Shown: positions 37,295-50,216 of the stretch, one piece after another | Position numbering within the stretch: the first letter of the stretch is position 1 | How the letters are laid out: every line of letters begins with the position of its first letter | DNA from: Leidyana gryllorum EB-2025a | Taxonomy: Eukaryota > Protista > Apicomplexa | NCBI GenBank assembly: GCA_048772705.1 | Contig: JBLWGC010000133.1 | Location: 62,001-126,000, forward strand | Length of the DNA stretch: 64,000 nt | Direction of reading: 5' to 3' | The notes under the pieces: generated by a model | The model's input: only the letters and a program-made list of their open reading frames with translations | Told to the model about the DNA's origin: nothing | Databases searched by the model: none | Made by a program: the position numbers and the translations under genes

Positions 37295-38635
37295 TTAGTT
37301 ATTTTCAGCACTGGCGGTTACAGTCGCAGTGGCGTTCTTGGATTTGTGAGTGGGCAATTCGGCCTCATCGTCAGAGGCAGGAAGTGGCTTGGTGCAGAAG
37401 CAAGGAACAGCGGTGCGGAGTCCCTTGTAGATCTTGGGAGTACGTTCCTTGTTGATCCAGGGTAGGAGGAAAATGAAGGTGAAGAAACCGAGGACGACCA
37501 GAATGAGCGCAATGAGGTTGGCGTGAGTGTAGTCGCTCCATCTGATGGCCATTTCGATGATCCAGACGGTGGGTGAGCGCATGGCAAAGAGGACACTTCT
37601 GACGAGACCAGAAGTTAATTTAGTCGTAGCAAGTCCGGCAGCGTTGGCAATGATACTGACAAAGTAGTACCAGATGTTGCCTCCGATCAAAGTGCCAGAG
37701 CGGCAGAACTGATACCAGGAGTCAGAGATCGAGAACCAGCCGGCATAATGGACGATAATGATGGCAATAATGTTCATCGGAATGCCGGCGACTCCCTGGA
37801 TACCGACTCCTTTGAGAGGAGCCATGTAGCCGTGTTTCATGTAATGTTCTTCCAGCACCATGTGGAGGGAGCCCATCCAGACGCTGACAAGAGCAGCGAT
37901 GATACCGACCCAAGCGAGATCGCCACCACTGTTGTTGGACTCATCCGGACTGAGGATAGCCCAGACGCCTGTGGCGATCATACCAGCGGTAGAGAGGAGG
38001 GTGCCCAACCATTGGTGAACACGAAGAGGTGTTCGGAGAATGATGAGAGTGCCAAAAGCGGTCCAGATGACACTGGAGTTACGGATAACACCAACAGTGG
38101 AGGCGTATGTGAGAGATAGAGCCCAGTTTGCGGCGGCGACTCCGATCAGATCACACATAGCCAAAGTAGTCCACCAAGCCCAGTGGCTGGGCGGTTTGTT
38201 GAGGGACTGGGCACTGTTGGGGAACTCGAAGACGCCAAGACGCTTCTGACTGCGCTTTCTCCACCACTCGTCCAAGAAGTAGAGAGGGTAGCAGGAGGCT
38301 TCAGCCAAAAACATCACCATCGTTTGCCAGAAAGGATTAGTAAAGAAGATTGGGTCCCGATCAGTACCGTCCGGATTTTTCCCCGGAACTGACTCGACAC
38401 GGTTTTGTAACTTGGTACTGAATGCTTGGCATATCCCAGCTCCAAAGTACAGAATAGCAACAATTGCCAAAATTGCCATCCCGGGTTTCTTCACAACAAA
38501 TGACGCAGCGCTCGAAATGTGTGATACCACAGTCGACGCCCGTCCTTCCTCCATTTTGCCGTAATCATTTTCATCACGCTCCATACCCGCGTCATCGTAA
38601 GCGGGCGTTTCAGGATTAACAGGTTTGAAACTCAT
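37295..38635 (-). CDS. Drug/metabolite transporter superfamily (SLC35F-like) 10-TM protein, intronless
   Basis: FTNPFWQTMVMFLAE, MCDLIG...LTYAST...IRNSSVIWTA, VLEEHYMK, TTKLTSGLVRSVL...RSPTVW. Confidence 0.85.
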   Translation of the reverse strand: MSFKPVNPETPAYDDAGMERDENDYGKMEEGRASTVVSHISSAASFVVKKPGMAILAIVAILYFGAGICQAFSTKLQNRVESVPGKNPDGTDRDPIFFTNPFWQTMVMFLAEASCYPLYFLDEWWRKRSQKRLGVFEFPNSAQSLNKPPSHWAWWTTLAMCDLIGVAAANWALSLTYASTVGVIRNSSVIWTAFGTLIILRTPLRVHQWLGTLLSTAGMIATGVWAILSPDESNNSGGDLAWVGIIAALVSVWMGSLHMVLEEHYMKHGYMAPLKGVGIQGVAGIPMNIIAIIIVHYAGWFSISDSWYQFCRSGTLIGGNIWYYFVSIIANAAGLATTKLTSGLVRSVLFAMRSPTVWIIEMAIRWSDYTHANLIALILVVLGFFTFIFLLPWINKERTPKIYKGLRTAVPCFCTKPLPASDDEAELPTHKSKNATATVTASAENN

Positions 38636-38834
38636 TCTTGTTTGTAACAGTAAGCAAGTCAAGCCACTTCTGCCAGTTGACACAAATTTATTTTCCCCTC
38701 CCCCGAGGGGCTCCTCTGTTATGTATCGTCTCGTCAGACCCCCTCTCAACCCTTAAAACTCTCATATCTACGCTCAGCATGCGGACCGGCTCGCATGTCT
38801 TGTCACACGTGCTCTCTGCGCATCTCCCTCCAAC

Positions 38835-41800
38835 ATGGCCAAAGGACGCAAAGGGGGCAAAGGGGGCAAAGGAAAGAAAAAGTCGTCCAAAGCTTCTCAG
38901 AAACGCCACCGCCAGAAAGGAACCCAAGATGTAGCGCCTTCAAAGAGCAAAGAACAGCTAAACTCACCAACCTCCTCCAATGAAACCTCACCAGCAAACA
39001 CTCCCAAAGACTCCCCTTCACACGAGTCACACCCCTCCACACCACCCAATCAGCCCTTAGAGCTCTCCAAATCCCCCTCTCCAGCTGACAAACCTTCCCA
39101 ACCTCCCGAGGCTGATAATGTTTCAAAAGGGTCCTCGACCCCGCCTGAACTCCCCTCAAGATCTTTTGAGAGTTCAAAAGGCTCTCTGACAACAGATTTA
39201 CGCAAGTCTCCAACCCCACCACGGGAACCACAAAGTCGGGAAACACACAGTCGGGAAGAAGCCTTCCCTCATGACGAGGGATCTGCCACTTTACAGCCGT
39301 CCCAAGAAAGTAGTCTCCCGCACAATAAAGGCACTGAGCCAGTTGCCGAGAGGACAGATCTGACGGCTGAAGAGATCGGGCCGCGGACGACGGAGAATGC
39401 TGAGGTCACACCGGAAGGAACCCCGGCGATTGCGGAGCGGTTTCCCATACCGACTATAAATAACGAGGATCCATTCAGAAGGTCTTCGTCCCCTTCCCGA
39501 GAGTTCCCGCGTTTGGCTAACGCGTCTGCGTCACACCATGCGTCTCGAGAAGATAACTTGCCGTCACCCGAACCCCAGGAGACACAAAGACCGAAGACAC
39601 CGCCGGCCTTCTCACCACCTCCCCTCTTCTCCGGGACGCCCGCGGAGGGCCACCACTACGATTTCACTAAAAGAAGTTCGGAGAGCGACTTGCCTCCCCT
39701 ATGTCCTTCCCCGCCAGAGATCGAGCCGCTCCCTTTGGGGACTACTCGACGGCGTCGTACTAAAGAAAGGATCGAAACGGGTGGGGAGGAGGACGGCGAA
39801 GATGAGGACGACGAGTCAATGAGTCGTTCTCAAGTCACTCCTCTGATATCACACGCTTCTCGGCACTCCGATGAAGGTGATGCCGGACGAGTCGACACTT
39901 CAGCGTCGGCACGGAAGCGTTCACGCGAAGAGTTCGAGGAGTGTCACTGGAAACCGTCGTCGACTCGACGATTAGAGCCGCAAGACAACGGAGGCTCTGT
40001 AGTGAGTGACGGGAGAGTCCTCACAGAGGAAGTGCTGAAGGACTGCACGCAGCGTGTCTCTCGGTCCCCCGTGTCCGACTCTTCGAGCTGGCTGGATAAC
40101 GAGTCCAGCCAAGTCTTCCTGCGAGCTTCAGAATTGCAGCAGCAAACCGACTCTGTTGCGACAGATTGGGACCGTGAGGATGTCAGTCGAGGTCGAGGAA
40201 CCCCTGTCTCCGTGCGCCTGAGGTCACCTCAGTCACCAACGCAGCCTCCTTCGCTGTATGCGGACCCCCATCAGCCATTCGGTAAGCATCACTCGTCACT
40301 ACTCGTCCACGTCAGCAATCGCAGTAGCAACGGGGTCCACGAGAGAACTGGAAGCCACTGAGCCTTTTGTGTATCCCAGATCGGAGGAAGTCGCTTTGAG
40401 TCCGCGCTTCGGACTGGATGAATCAGTCTACGGTCGGCGGGGCAAATCCGCCGAGACGCTGCACCCCAATGACTATCTGGGAGAGCCCATTGAAGATGAC
40501 GAGGACAAACCGATCTCCGGAGAAGTGGGCATCGATGTGGAACTCGATGACGAAGACTCGTGCTCGAGTGTGCAGTCTCCCATCAATCGCTCGTTGAGCA
40601 GCGACTCTGCAGCTCCGCCTCTCAAGGTGAGGAGTCCACCCAGTGACTTCCCGGTCTCTGCTTTCCCACCACTCGGTGGGGGTACCTTCTCTGCTGAGTT
40701 ACCTCAACCCCACTCGGAGACACCACATCTCGAGCGGCTGGCGGCCATCTCGTCCAATCTCAGTGAAGACGTGGAGGACATCGTAGCCGAATCGAAAGGC
40801 GATGAAGAGCCATCGACCGACGTTCGCGAGAGTGCCGCTGAGGTGGTGGCCGAAGAGCGCACTCCCGAAGAGAGCACTCCCGAACCTAATCTCGTGTCAA
40901 ACTCGAGCCCAATGGCTCAACGTGAATCACAGACTGTCGCCACCGAAGCTGTCTCTCCAAACGAGGAGACCTTAGACGCGACCACAGAGACACCCCATAA
41001 CGTCACCAGTTCTCGCGTTGGTTCTCCTCCGACATCTCCCCCTCCGGTACCACCGCCCTCAGGATCGAGCGAATCTTCGCTCTTACGAGAGCTCTCTACC
41101 GGTTCCATCCGTGGCTCGCCGCCGGAACCCACCTCACTGAGCACTGCTATGGGGGCCCAACCCGACGACGGACCCGTGGCTCCAATGGATGACAACGGAC
41201 GGAGTGACGAACAGCACCACGCGCCTGGCGGGACACCACCTTCGCCAGTCTCGGATTACCGAAGGAGTCCACCCTTCCTGACTGAAGGTCACACCTCATC
41301 ACCCCCTCTCCCGCCAGCCGAGACGCAGAAACCTGTCGTCTCTCCCGCGCGCTTGGCTTCGACCATAGATCGCCGCCAATCGCCCCCAATCCGGTCGCCG
41401 TCTTCTCTGGGCGAAGTGGGAGTGAACCCCGAGTTGCCATCACATCAGCCCGAGGCCGTTGCCGTTGCCTCAGAACGCGACATTTCAGCATCTGTGGCAC
41501 CCGAAGTAACTAAACCCAACTCACCAAAGACTCCTCCGATGCCAACGAGCATTCAAATGGCGTCCGCACCAATTGAGGAAGGCTTTGGACGAACGCTCAC
41601 TCCTTCGCCTCAGCCGATGGGAATGGAAGAGGCCACTTTGAGAGAGACCACTTTGAGAGAGGCCACTTTGAGAGAGTCTCACGACATGGGGCCGGCCACA
41701 CGGAGCCCTCTGCACCCGTCAGCGAACGAAGAGACCAAAGACTCGCCAATACCCGTCGCACGGGCACCGGACGCTGCACGCGGCGCCGAGTTGCCGCCAC

Positions 41801-43803
41801 GTCGGTCTCCGCCGACGCTCTTTGGAGCGGACGACCCCGCCTTCGAGCATCCGGTGCCCACAGTGGCAGCCGGAATGCTCTCGCCGGCGCGTCACTCACC
41901 GATGCCTCTGGAAGCGGCTGTGAGAGACGTGGGACCAAACACTGGACGTCCCGCACGCGTATTGGCAGCCCGTCGTGTGGAAGAGTTGGAAATCCCGCGC
42001 TCCCCCGCGCTACTCAACGTGGAGGGGGGCGCTCCCTCCCCAATGCGGCCCGCAGTGGGGGAGAGTGCCGACTTTGACCACCACAACCCGGAGGTGCCGT
42101 CTGTGGGACTCGCCGCCCAGTTGACACCCACAACTGGAGAATCTGATGAGTCGCACAGAGTTTTGCAAAGAGAGGGCGAACCGTTGGATGGGAGCTCTCA
42201 GTTGATGGATTCGCACATTGCGGCGAGAGTTCCATGGGTGCCCCCGACTCCAACTGATCATTTCGCGTCTTCTCTCCCCCACCCGCCGGAGAGAGTGGAC
42301 TCAGCAGAGGAGCTCCCAGAGCTTTTGTTAGGGAAGGAGATTGACGAATTACCCTCACAGGACAGTTTCTCGGACAGAGAAGCGATCTTCTCAGCGCCAC
42401 AAATGGTTCGAGCGCGATTGGAACCGAGTCGCCCGGCTGCTGCGAGGGGAGTTGGAGATCCACTGGTGGATGGCATTCGGGAGGTGGAACACGACGCCGT
42501 TTGTTCACCAGTCAGAGACAGAGAGCACTTTCTCTCTCCGTCGACTGGGGGTAACTCGTATCCACAGCGTTCTTTGTCCTCTAACGAGTCGAGTACTCAA
42601 GACATCTTTTTGCCCATTGAGATCCCCGAGGACTGTTTGATCTCCGAAGACGGGGAGGGTGAATTGGTGCTCGAACTCGATATCCCTGGAGACATCTTGG
42701 ACGAGATCCAGTTGATCGAGGAGGCTCGCAGAGAGGCCGCGGCCGGCCTTCTCCCCAATCCCCCTCCTGCCTTACTGACCGGAGACGTGCCAACGGCAGA
42801 CATTATGGAAGCCCTGAAGACGACCCAAGCCGACGAAGGTGTGAGCGATGAGAGTGGATTCGATACTGATACCGAGGAAGTCATCAACGGGTTCGTTCTG
42901 TATCTGAAAGAGGAGGAAAGAGTGGAGGAGGAACCGAAGGCCCCGAGGGAGGAACCGAAAGCCGTCAGGGAGGAACCGAAGGCCCCGAGGGAGGAACCGA
43001 AAGCCGTCAGGGAGGAACCGAAAGCCGTCAGGGAGGAACCGATTCTTCTTCAAGTTGCTGCTGAGGGGGGAGAAACGGATGTTGATGAACCGATGACGCC
43101 TGCGAGAGTGGCAGCCACGAGCTGGCAGGATATTTCGTCATTGTCGGAGCCAGAATTCCCGGAGTGTCGGCCTGACGGAGCGACTCAAGAGTTCTTGAGT
43201 TTTTACTCGGAGCGTGTTGACGCAGGCGACATAGATTACGTGCACTGGGCTCATGAATGTTTGATCGGACTGAGAGACCCCGAGGACGGGCCGTATCCCA
43301 TTAAACCCGATCGTTTTTGCATCAGAGCATTCCGAGAGTGGGATTTAGCATTGGAGCAACGTGGTGGAGATGCAGACAGCGACTTTGGTGGCGCGTCTGT
43401 GGTGAGCGAAGGGGCGTTTGAAGTCCAATCAGACTTTACGTTCTCTCCCAATGGAGTACGGGATGCCAGTCGTCGATCTTTGAGCAGCAGTGACAATGGG
43501 AGTGAGAACGGAGACCTGTTTGGAGAGTCGGCCGACATCAGTAGTGACGGAGCAGTTGTGGACGGTGGGGCCGGATTGACGGCTGGTGCGAGTTCGATAG
43601 GATTGGCGGCGGCGGCACCCCCACCGCAGTCAGGGGGTGTGTTGCGACGGGCCCGATTCTGGAGCAACGCTGCGGTTGGATGGGCAGCCGGTGAATGGAC
43701 AAAGATAACAGGTTGTGATACGTTGGAGAGAGTGGAGGCGCGCGCTCAGAGAGAGTTGAGGCATAATGCATATGGAGCATATCATAGGGTTTGGAATGGG
43801 TGA
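38835..43803 (+). CDS. Very large (about 1650 aa) acidic, Pro/Ser-rich disordered protein with a basic Gly/Lys N-terminus, 2 exons
   Basis: The 508-aa and 1181-aa ORFs are joined by an intron with donor GTAAGC at 40282 and in-phase acceptors at 40315, 40324 or 40327. Confidence 0.75.
41629..41676 (+). repeat. 3 x 15-nt coding repeat (EATLR/ETTLR)
   Basis: GAGGCCACTTTGAGA / GAGACCACTTTGAGA units. Confidence 0.9.
42928..43041 (+). repeat. About 5.4 x 21-nt coding repeat (EEPKAPR/EEPKAVR)
   Basis: GAGGAACCGAAGGCCCCGAGG and GAGGAACCGAAAGCCGTCAGG units. Confidence 0.95.
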
Positions 43804-43891
43804 AACAATAATTTAAGGGTGTACGCATTGGGGGTGCACACTGCACCGCCAAGGATTTTTGACAACAAAATCACGGCTAATTTCTTCTGAG

Positions 43892-44264
43892 ATGAACGAA
43901 GCGGGCCGTGAATCTGGGGGTCTCTCTCTACCTCCGGCTAACCGTGAGCTGCGGGAGCAGGAAAAGCTGACTTTGCACGGGGATGAAGTTATGGTCAACT
44001 TCAAGATGCCGTCAGGCGAGACCATCTCGTTGCAGGTAGAGTTGGCACCGACACGAGGGCGATCTGACTATCAACAAATTGCAGGCGAAGGCCGGGACGG
44101 AGGTAAAGAAGATCAAGATGCAGATAGAGGAGAAGACTGGTCTGCCACATGGCAAGATAGAGCTGACCTACGACGGGAAACTTCTCATTGACCCGATTTC
44201 GTTGGTGGACGGATGGGGACCCAACCCCAAACACTACGATGTTCTGGTCAAGCTCAGAGAGTGA
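43892..44264 (+). CDS. Small ubiquitin-like domain protein, 2 exons
   Basis: VMVNFKMPSGETISLQ|AKAGTEVKKIKMQIEEKTGLPHGKIELTYDGKLLIDP; no C-terminal GG. Confidence 0.8.
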
Positions 44265-44270
44265 AAAAAT

Positions 44271-47132
44271 ATGGGGGAAGTAGACAATCACCCCTTGCTT
44301 GGTTCTGAATACAACGTCCACGACGAAGCTTTCGACCTGTGCTTCGTCTTCAGAACACGTCAACACATCAACCGACGAGTTACTCGACTCGAAGGGGAAC
44401 ACAAAATCAAACGAATTTGTTGTGCAAGAGAGACGTATAACCTGAGTAATGACATATCGCAATTGCCCGCCTTCTACCGTCTTGACGATCTCAACCTCTC
44501 CGAGATAACTATCGCTCAACTCAACACATTCTTCTTCGATCTCTTCGTCAGACTCGCCGAAGAGCAATGTGGTGCCATCGTACGGCAAACCACCAGTAGA
44601 AATGGACTGTTCATAATGGTCTTCCTCACGCTACCCGAGCTGGTCGCGAGAGAAGTAGCCGACGAAATGAAGTACCCTCTACAGATCGAACCTACCCTGG
44701 CGCCCCGCGCCTTCTACAAGTGAGCTCCTACCTCTGCCTTTGCTGCTGTGCCCCCTAATTCTCACCCACCTCCAATCTCTCTGTGTGTGTGGGGGGGGTG
44801 TCTTTTTGTGTGTGTGGGGGTGTGTCTATGTGTGTCTCTGTCTCTGTGTGTCTCTGTGTGTCTCTGTGTGTCTCTGTGTGTCTCTGTCTGTCTCTGTCTC
44901 TCTGTCTGTCTCTCTGTCTCTCTCTCTGTCTGTCTCTCTGTCTCTCTCTCTGTCTCTCTCTGTGTCTGTGCTGCTTAGCCGTCCCCTTTGCCGCCCTCGC
45001 CGACATGTTTTTGCATTTACAGAGAGAATCCCCATTTCACTACTCCCTTCAAGCACTTCGATAAAGCCATTGAAGCCGACGACGGGATGGCCTGCATGGC
45101 GACGTATGGCCAAGTGTGGCGGCGTTATCCCCGGATGACTGTGGCGGGTCGAGAAGAGCGTTCCATTTTCACGTGAGTGCCGTCTCCTTTTTGTCTCTCC
45201 ATTTTTAGGTGTGTACAGAGAAATCGATCGCGCGCGTCTGCTGATGCGATGTCTTGAAAAGGTTTTGAGTATTGAAGACATGTGTCAATTAACCACTATG
45301 GAGTGTTATTATCTGCCTCCCCGTCCCATTGAATTGTCTATTCTCACGAGTCACTGGGCATCCTGGCGAAAAATACATCGCTTGGATCAACCCTTGTACC
45401 ACATTCGTAACTATTTTGGCGAAGATGTTGCCTTATACTTTGCTTGGACTGAAGAATATGCCCGAGTACTGATGGTTCCGGCAATTGTCGGAGTACTTTT
45501 TGCCTTTGCTCGGTGGAAATTAGATCCCAAGGAGAACTATAAGTCCATAGCAATGGACATATTCCGAGTCCTCTATTCCATCGGAAGTGCTGTTTGGTAT
45601 ATGTGGTTCATTCAAAGATGGAAAGCACGCCAGGATCTCTTGAAACTCCAGTGGGGGCTCCACCTCACAGAGTCGTCCCTCACCGAGCAACCCGAGAGAT
45701 CCGGGTTTGAAAACGATTCCTGGATTGTGGACCCCTCGAATCCCAATCGAGTCATAACGTGGTACTCTCCCGCGAAATGGCGAATCCGCCAATTCATCTC
45801 TGCGGTAGGGACACTGCTGGCCACAATTACAGCTGTGATCGTCGTAAACGGCGAACTCCACGGTAATTGTAAACCATCTTGCCACACTGTCAATTCCCCT
45901 CGCCGCAGAGTCCATTTTGCATTGGATGAACATTGACGATGATATTGAGGCGACTGTCGAATCTTATTTTCCCGACTGGTTCACGGCTATTATATCGCCA
46001 CGACCAGTCATTGTAGCTCTATTGGCGTTTGGCTGTGAGATTGTGTTCACAGTCGTGTCAGAATCCTTCACTGTCCTGGAAAATCACAAATACCACAGAA
46101 CGTTCGACCGTTCTTTGATCAAAAAGCTCTTCTTATTCGCCGCATTTGACTACTTTATCCCCCTCTACTATCTCGCATTCGTCAAGGTAAGCCCAGATCG
46201 GTCAATCGATCGATCAATTTCTTTCAAACTCCCAATTCCATCAGATGTATTCTCACCCTTGCTGGGACGAGGATCCGGAGGAAGGGCGGTGTCTGAGAAG
46301 CTTGGAAAGCCAAATCAAAACGTTGTTTGTGGTAGCTGCCTTCAGCAATTTAGTTGAAATCGGCAGACCGTAAGTTGTTCGTTGAAGATGTGATACTGAG
46401 TCCTCTGCTGCTCCAACAGACGCATTTTGAGCCGCATCCAACAATGGTGGTATAATCGAAAGTGCGACAAAGCTGCGGCTCCATTTGAAAAGGAGTTTTA
46501 TAAAAGTGCTTACGATGGAACACGCGGAGACTTCCAGGAGATGATGTTCATTATGATGTTAGTAGGCTTCTTCGGGGTCGCGTGGCCCATCCTTTCCGCT
46601 CTGGCCTTCATCATTGTCGTCCTTGAAGTAAGTTTGCTCCTCCGTAAAGCGTGTTCGATCGAGAGACACACACTTTTCGCCTCCAACAGATCAGAGTAGA
46701 TGCAATGAAATTGACACGGTCGCGCCGTCCTTTTCCAAGACCCGCTCATGATATTGGTGCTTGGACAGGCGTTGTTACCACAGTGTCTAACATTACGATT
46801 GTCACCAATATAGCGCTTTGTGCGTTCACGACGTTCGGAAAATCCCTGCCACTGTTTGACAAGTTAGTCATAACTATAGTGAGTTTGTGGTTATTGCAGT
46901 GCGGTGTCATGTTTCATGCGCACAGATATGCACGCTCGCGGCTCACGTCGCGAGAGAGTTTACCAGATGGGGCGGGACCCGAATGCGAGAACAAGTCAGA
47001 TTACTGAGGGCTCAACAAGCAATAGTGGAGTTCGAGGCGACCTGGGGAAAACATGTTAAGAAGGTTGATCTGATGAACACGCGAACGGTTGTTCAGCAAG
47101 ACTGGGCAGCCACGGCAGCACTAACTAAATAG
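44271..47132 (+). CDS. Anoctamin/TMEM16 family scramblase or channel, multi-exon
   Basis: QPLYHIRNYFGEDVALYFAW, LENHKYHRTFDRSLIKKLFLF, DFQEMM...FGVAWP, E|IRVDAMKL..RRPFPRPAHDIGAW. Confidence 0.92.
44776..44970. repeat. Compound (TG)/(TC) microsatellite inside an expanded anoctamin intron (about 44720-44979)
   Basis: TCTCTGTGTG decamers grading into TCTCTG and TCTG repeats. Confidence 0.95.
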
Positions 47133-47133
47133 A

Positions 47134-50066
47134 CTATACAATTTGTGGAGTTCGGAAGGCTGACTCCTTCTTCTCAGGTCCACCTTTTCTTTTAGGGGAA
47201 ACTTGTTGTTCATCGTTCTCCGGCAGAAGCGGCTCATCGAGCCGAGCATTCTGTGTCGTGTCAGGGGACCTTTCCACGTCATCATCGACCTCTTCAATCG
47301 TTTGTGGAACGATTCGAACGTTCGTCAACCGACTGAGATGGCGTACGAAGTGAGCAGCACTATACTGCGGAGGTGGCAGTAACCGTGCTGGAGACACGGT
47401 GCCAGGCACTCTCTCTTGCGAAGGAGGCCAGGACTCGAAAGACCCGCGACTCCGGTCGATACTCTGTTCGTGCTGCTCACTCAGCTCGCTGTCCGAGTCG
47501 GCAGAGATCGGCGTCACGATTCCGCACTTGAGAGCGACAGTCTCTATACATCCTCCCAAGCAAATGGTGGTCACGAGAACCATAGCCAGAGTGGTAGAGA
47601 CAACCAATTGACGGTTATGTTTGGTTGATTCGCCATCAGAAAACTTGGGTAGTGCCAGCGATAGAGCGAATGCAATGGCACCTCTGAGTCCCGACAACCA
47701 CAGTACGAATTGGCATGGGAAGTTCAGATAGGGTCTCCGTCGCACTCCAGCTCCTTCTCGAGCATTCTCAGCCCATGTCCGGGCCACTTCATCATTCGAA
47801 GGGGAGATTTCTCCGCTCTCGTGCATTGAGACCCACACTTGGTGTCCACCCTGGCCTCCAGTCATTACCAGACGTCTCAGCGCGCTGCCGTCATGACCCC
47901 GACTGGTTGGTGGCAAGACACTAATTCCCGGAGGCGCCGGAGAGTGGTCTCCGGGGGCTGCGACTGCATATTGTTCAGCGCTCAGCGGCGGGTTGTCTCC
48001 CTCTCGGAAGGTCGGGTAGGGTGACTTGCGGCCCTTCCCACTCATTTCACTCTCCACTGGGAGCAGAGCCAACGTCTCTCGAGCACGTCCTGAGAGCGAC
48101 GTCTGCCGAGAGAAGAAAGATTCCTCTTCAACAACTTGGGCTGCGCGTCCGAACTTTTGAGACGACATGTTGGACGACAGATGATCAATCCTCTGAGGCC
48201 GACCAGTGGACCGAGCCATCGGGGTATGCGTTAACGACTCCTGGTGGTTCAGAGCACCCAGCAAAGATCGAATTGATGACTTGGCCTGGAACATCTTGGA
48301 TCCAGGATGATGAGGGGTCCAAGCCCAACTGCGCAAATTGTGACCATCACCCGGACACACAGACTCACATTGCGTTCAAAGCCACACACGATGGGAATAC
48401 AGAAATCGCTCTTCCCAGCAGAGTCAACATCAGTGTCACCATTACGGCGTTACGGTGGAAGGCCTTGCCGGATATTATGCTGAACACACAAGTAGAATGA
48501 AGGGCAGCTCGCAGTAAAGGAGCGCTTACGAGTTTACAAACACCACGCCAAAGAGCACATAGATGAAGGATTCAGACAAGACTGCCAATACTTTGAACAA
48601 CAAAGCCGATGAGCGTTGAGAAGTAGGGGAGAGATTCTTCCTGCAAGCACACACAGTGTCCAATACCCAGCGCACACATCAAACTCACAGGCTATAGTGT
48701 CCCATAAACGATCCCAAGACAAAAAGAGTGAGGATACCGGATCCCTTCAATACCTCACTCAGGGCGAAGGAGAAATACGACAGCAATAGTAAAAGCCCCA
48801 ATTCATATTCAGGGAATCTGTCACACAGCGATAAACAGATAAATCAATTAACTCACTTCTTCAAACCCTTGGAAACTCTAAAGGCGGCATACGCGCCCAC
48901 ACTGACGGCTATGCCGACCACCAACGATATCAGTGTAACATGTCCAACTTCTAAAATCACCTGGAGCGATCAACAACCATTTGTGGTCGACCCGTCCTTC
49001 AGCGACGTACCGAGAGCGCTCCAGGTGCAGTGTGGTCGACGAAGAAGAGGCGTTCAACGGTTTTGAAAATAACAATCGCCACTGCATCGTTCAAAATGGA
49101 TTCGCCAAATACTATAGAGAATAAACGTTCATCAGCTGTGAAACGACTTCCGCCCAATATGCTCAAGGTGGCAACCGGATCAACAGCGGACAACAGAGTT
49201 CCCAGAAGCCAACAGTACGCTCTGCGTTCGCGATCGCTGCCTTGTAGACCAAAAAAGCCCCCTGAGTACATAGCATGATACTTAGAATAATGTCCGGTCA
49301 TGCATTTGTGGAGCAGTCGCTCGCACAGGCATCTCTAAGACACGTACACACAACACAGCAGCTCGCCAGCGTGGCGAAGGCAACACGGTCGCAAAGCAAC
49401 AGGCAGCAAGCACGATCAACGAGGGGCAGTTCAACAACGCCAGGTTGATGCCAATTCCGCACGTCCCAGAATCCAGACGCGCGATAATGTCCCCGTGATG
49501 AGCGTCATAAGAGAGCGCAAGGGCCCCGGCCTTCTCGAGAGATCGCTTGGGATGCCTCGCAGCACTCCAGGTACGACCGATTGTTTGCGTTCGTGCACAC
49601 ACGTGTGTTTCGATAGGGTAGATTCGTGCAAGTTCAGTTCACAGATATATGTTACCGGCATAGTAGGCGCCTTCTGCGACAACAAGTGCAGACACAAGTG
49701 TGCCCGCGACAGCAAACCAGAGGATTGCGCCGATGTTATTGAGGAAATTGGGTCGATCTAAGGAGAATCCGGCCTCGAGCACAATCGGGGGCAGGAGGAA
49801 GAAGTAGAAGAACGAAGCATTGAAGTTGAACAAGGCACCGTTTTCGATTCCAAACAAATGAATAGCGAGTCCTACACTCACGCTGTGCTTTCACTATATG
49901 TACAGAGAGGGTTAGCACGTGTGTGGCATTACCCGACAAGTATGGAGGCAGTACTCTGAGGGCAGTGTTTGATCTTGGATGTGTTGATAAAATGGCCGAC
50001 GATGAAGGCGGCCAGCAGACTTGTTGCTGCCAGGAAGGTGACCTGAGCCTGATCGTCAAAGGCCAT
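47134..50066 (-). CDS. Na+/H+ exchanger, CPA1 (NHE/NHX) family, multi-exon
   Basis: FFYFFLLPPIVLEAGFSL...FLNNIGAILWFAVAGT; LSAVDPVATL; FGESILNDAVAIVIF; WLSGLRGAIAFAL. Confidence 0.93.
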
Positions 50067-50216
50067 GGCTAACTATATTTTGGACTCAAAATCGCCAGGA
50101 CTGTATAATTAAGACCGAGGAGGTAGATGAAGTTGCCGATGAGCCTAGAATAGAACAGTTAGCTCGGAGGTCTCTTTTTAGTTTTTAACGAATGATTCAA
50201 AAGGGGGGTAAGACGT

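Noticed and set aside
40258-40361. Possible programmed frameshift between the 508-aa and 1181-aa ORFs
   Set aside because: A canonical GTAAGC...AG intron joins them in phase.
44740-45281. ORFs such as CLSLCLSL and RERQRDRQ
   Set aside because: These are translations of an intronic microsatellite.
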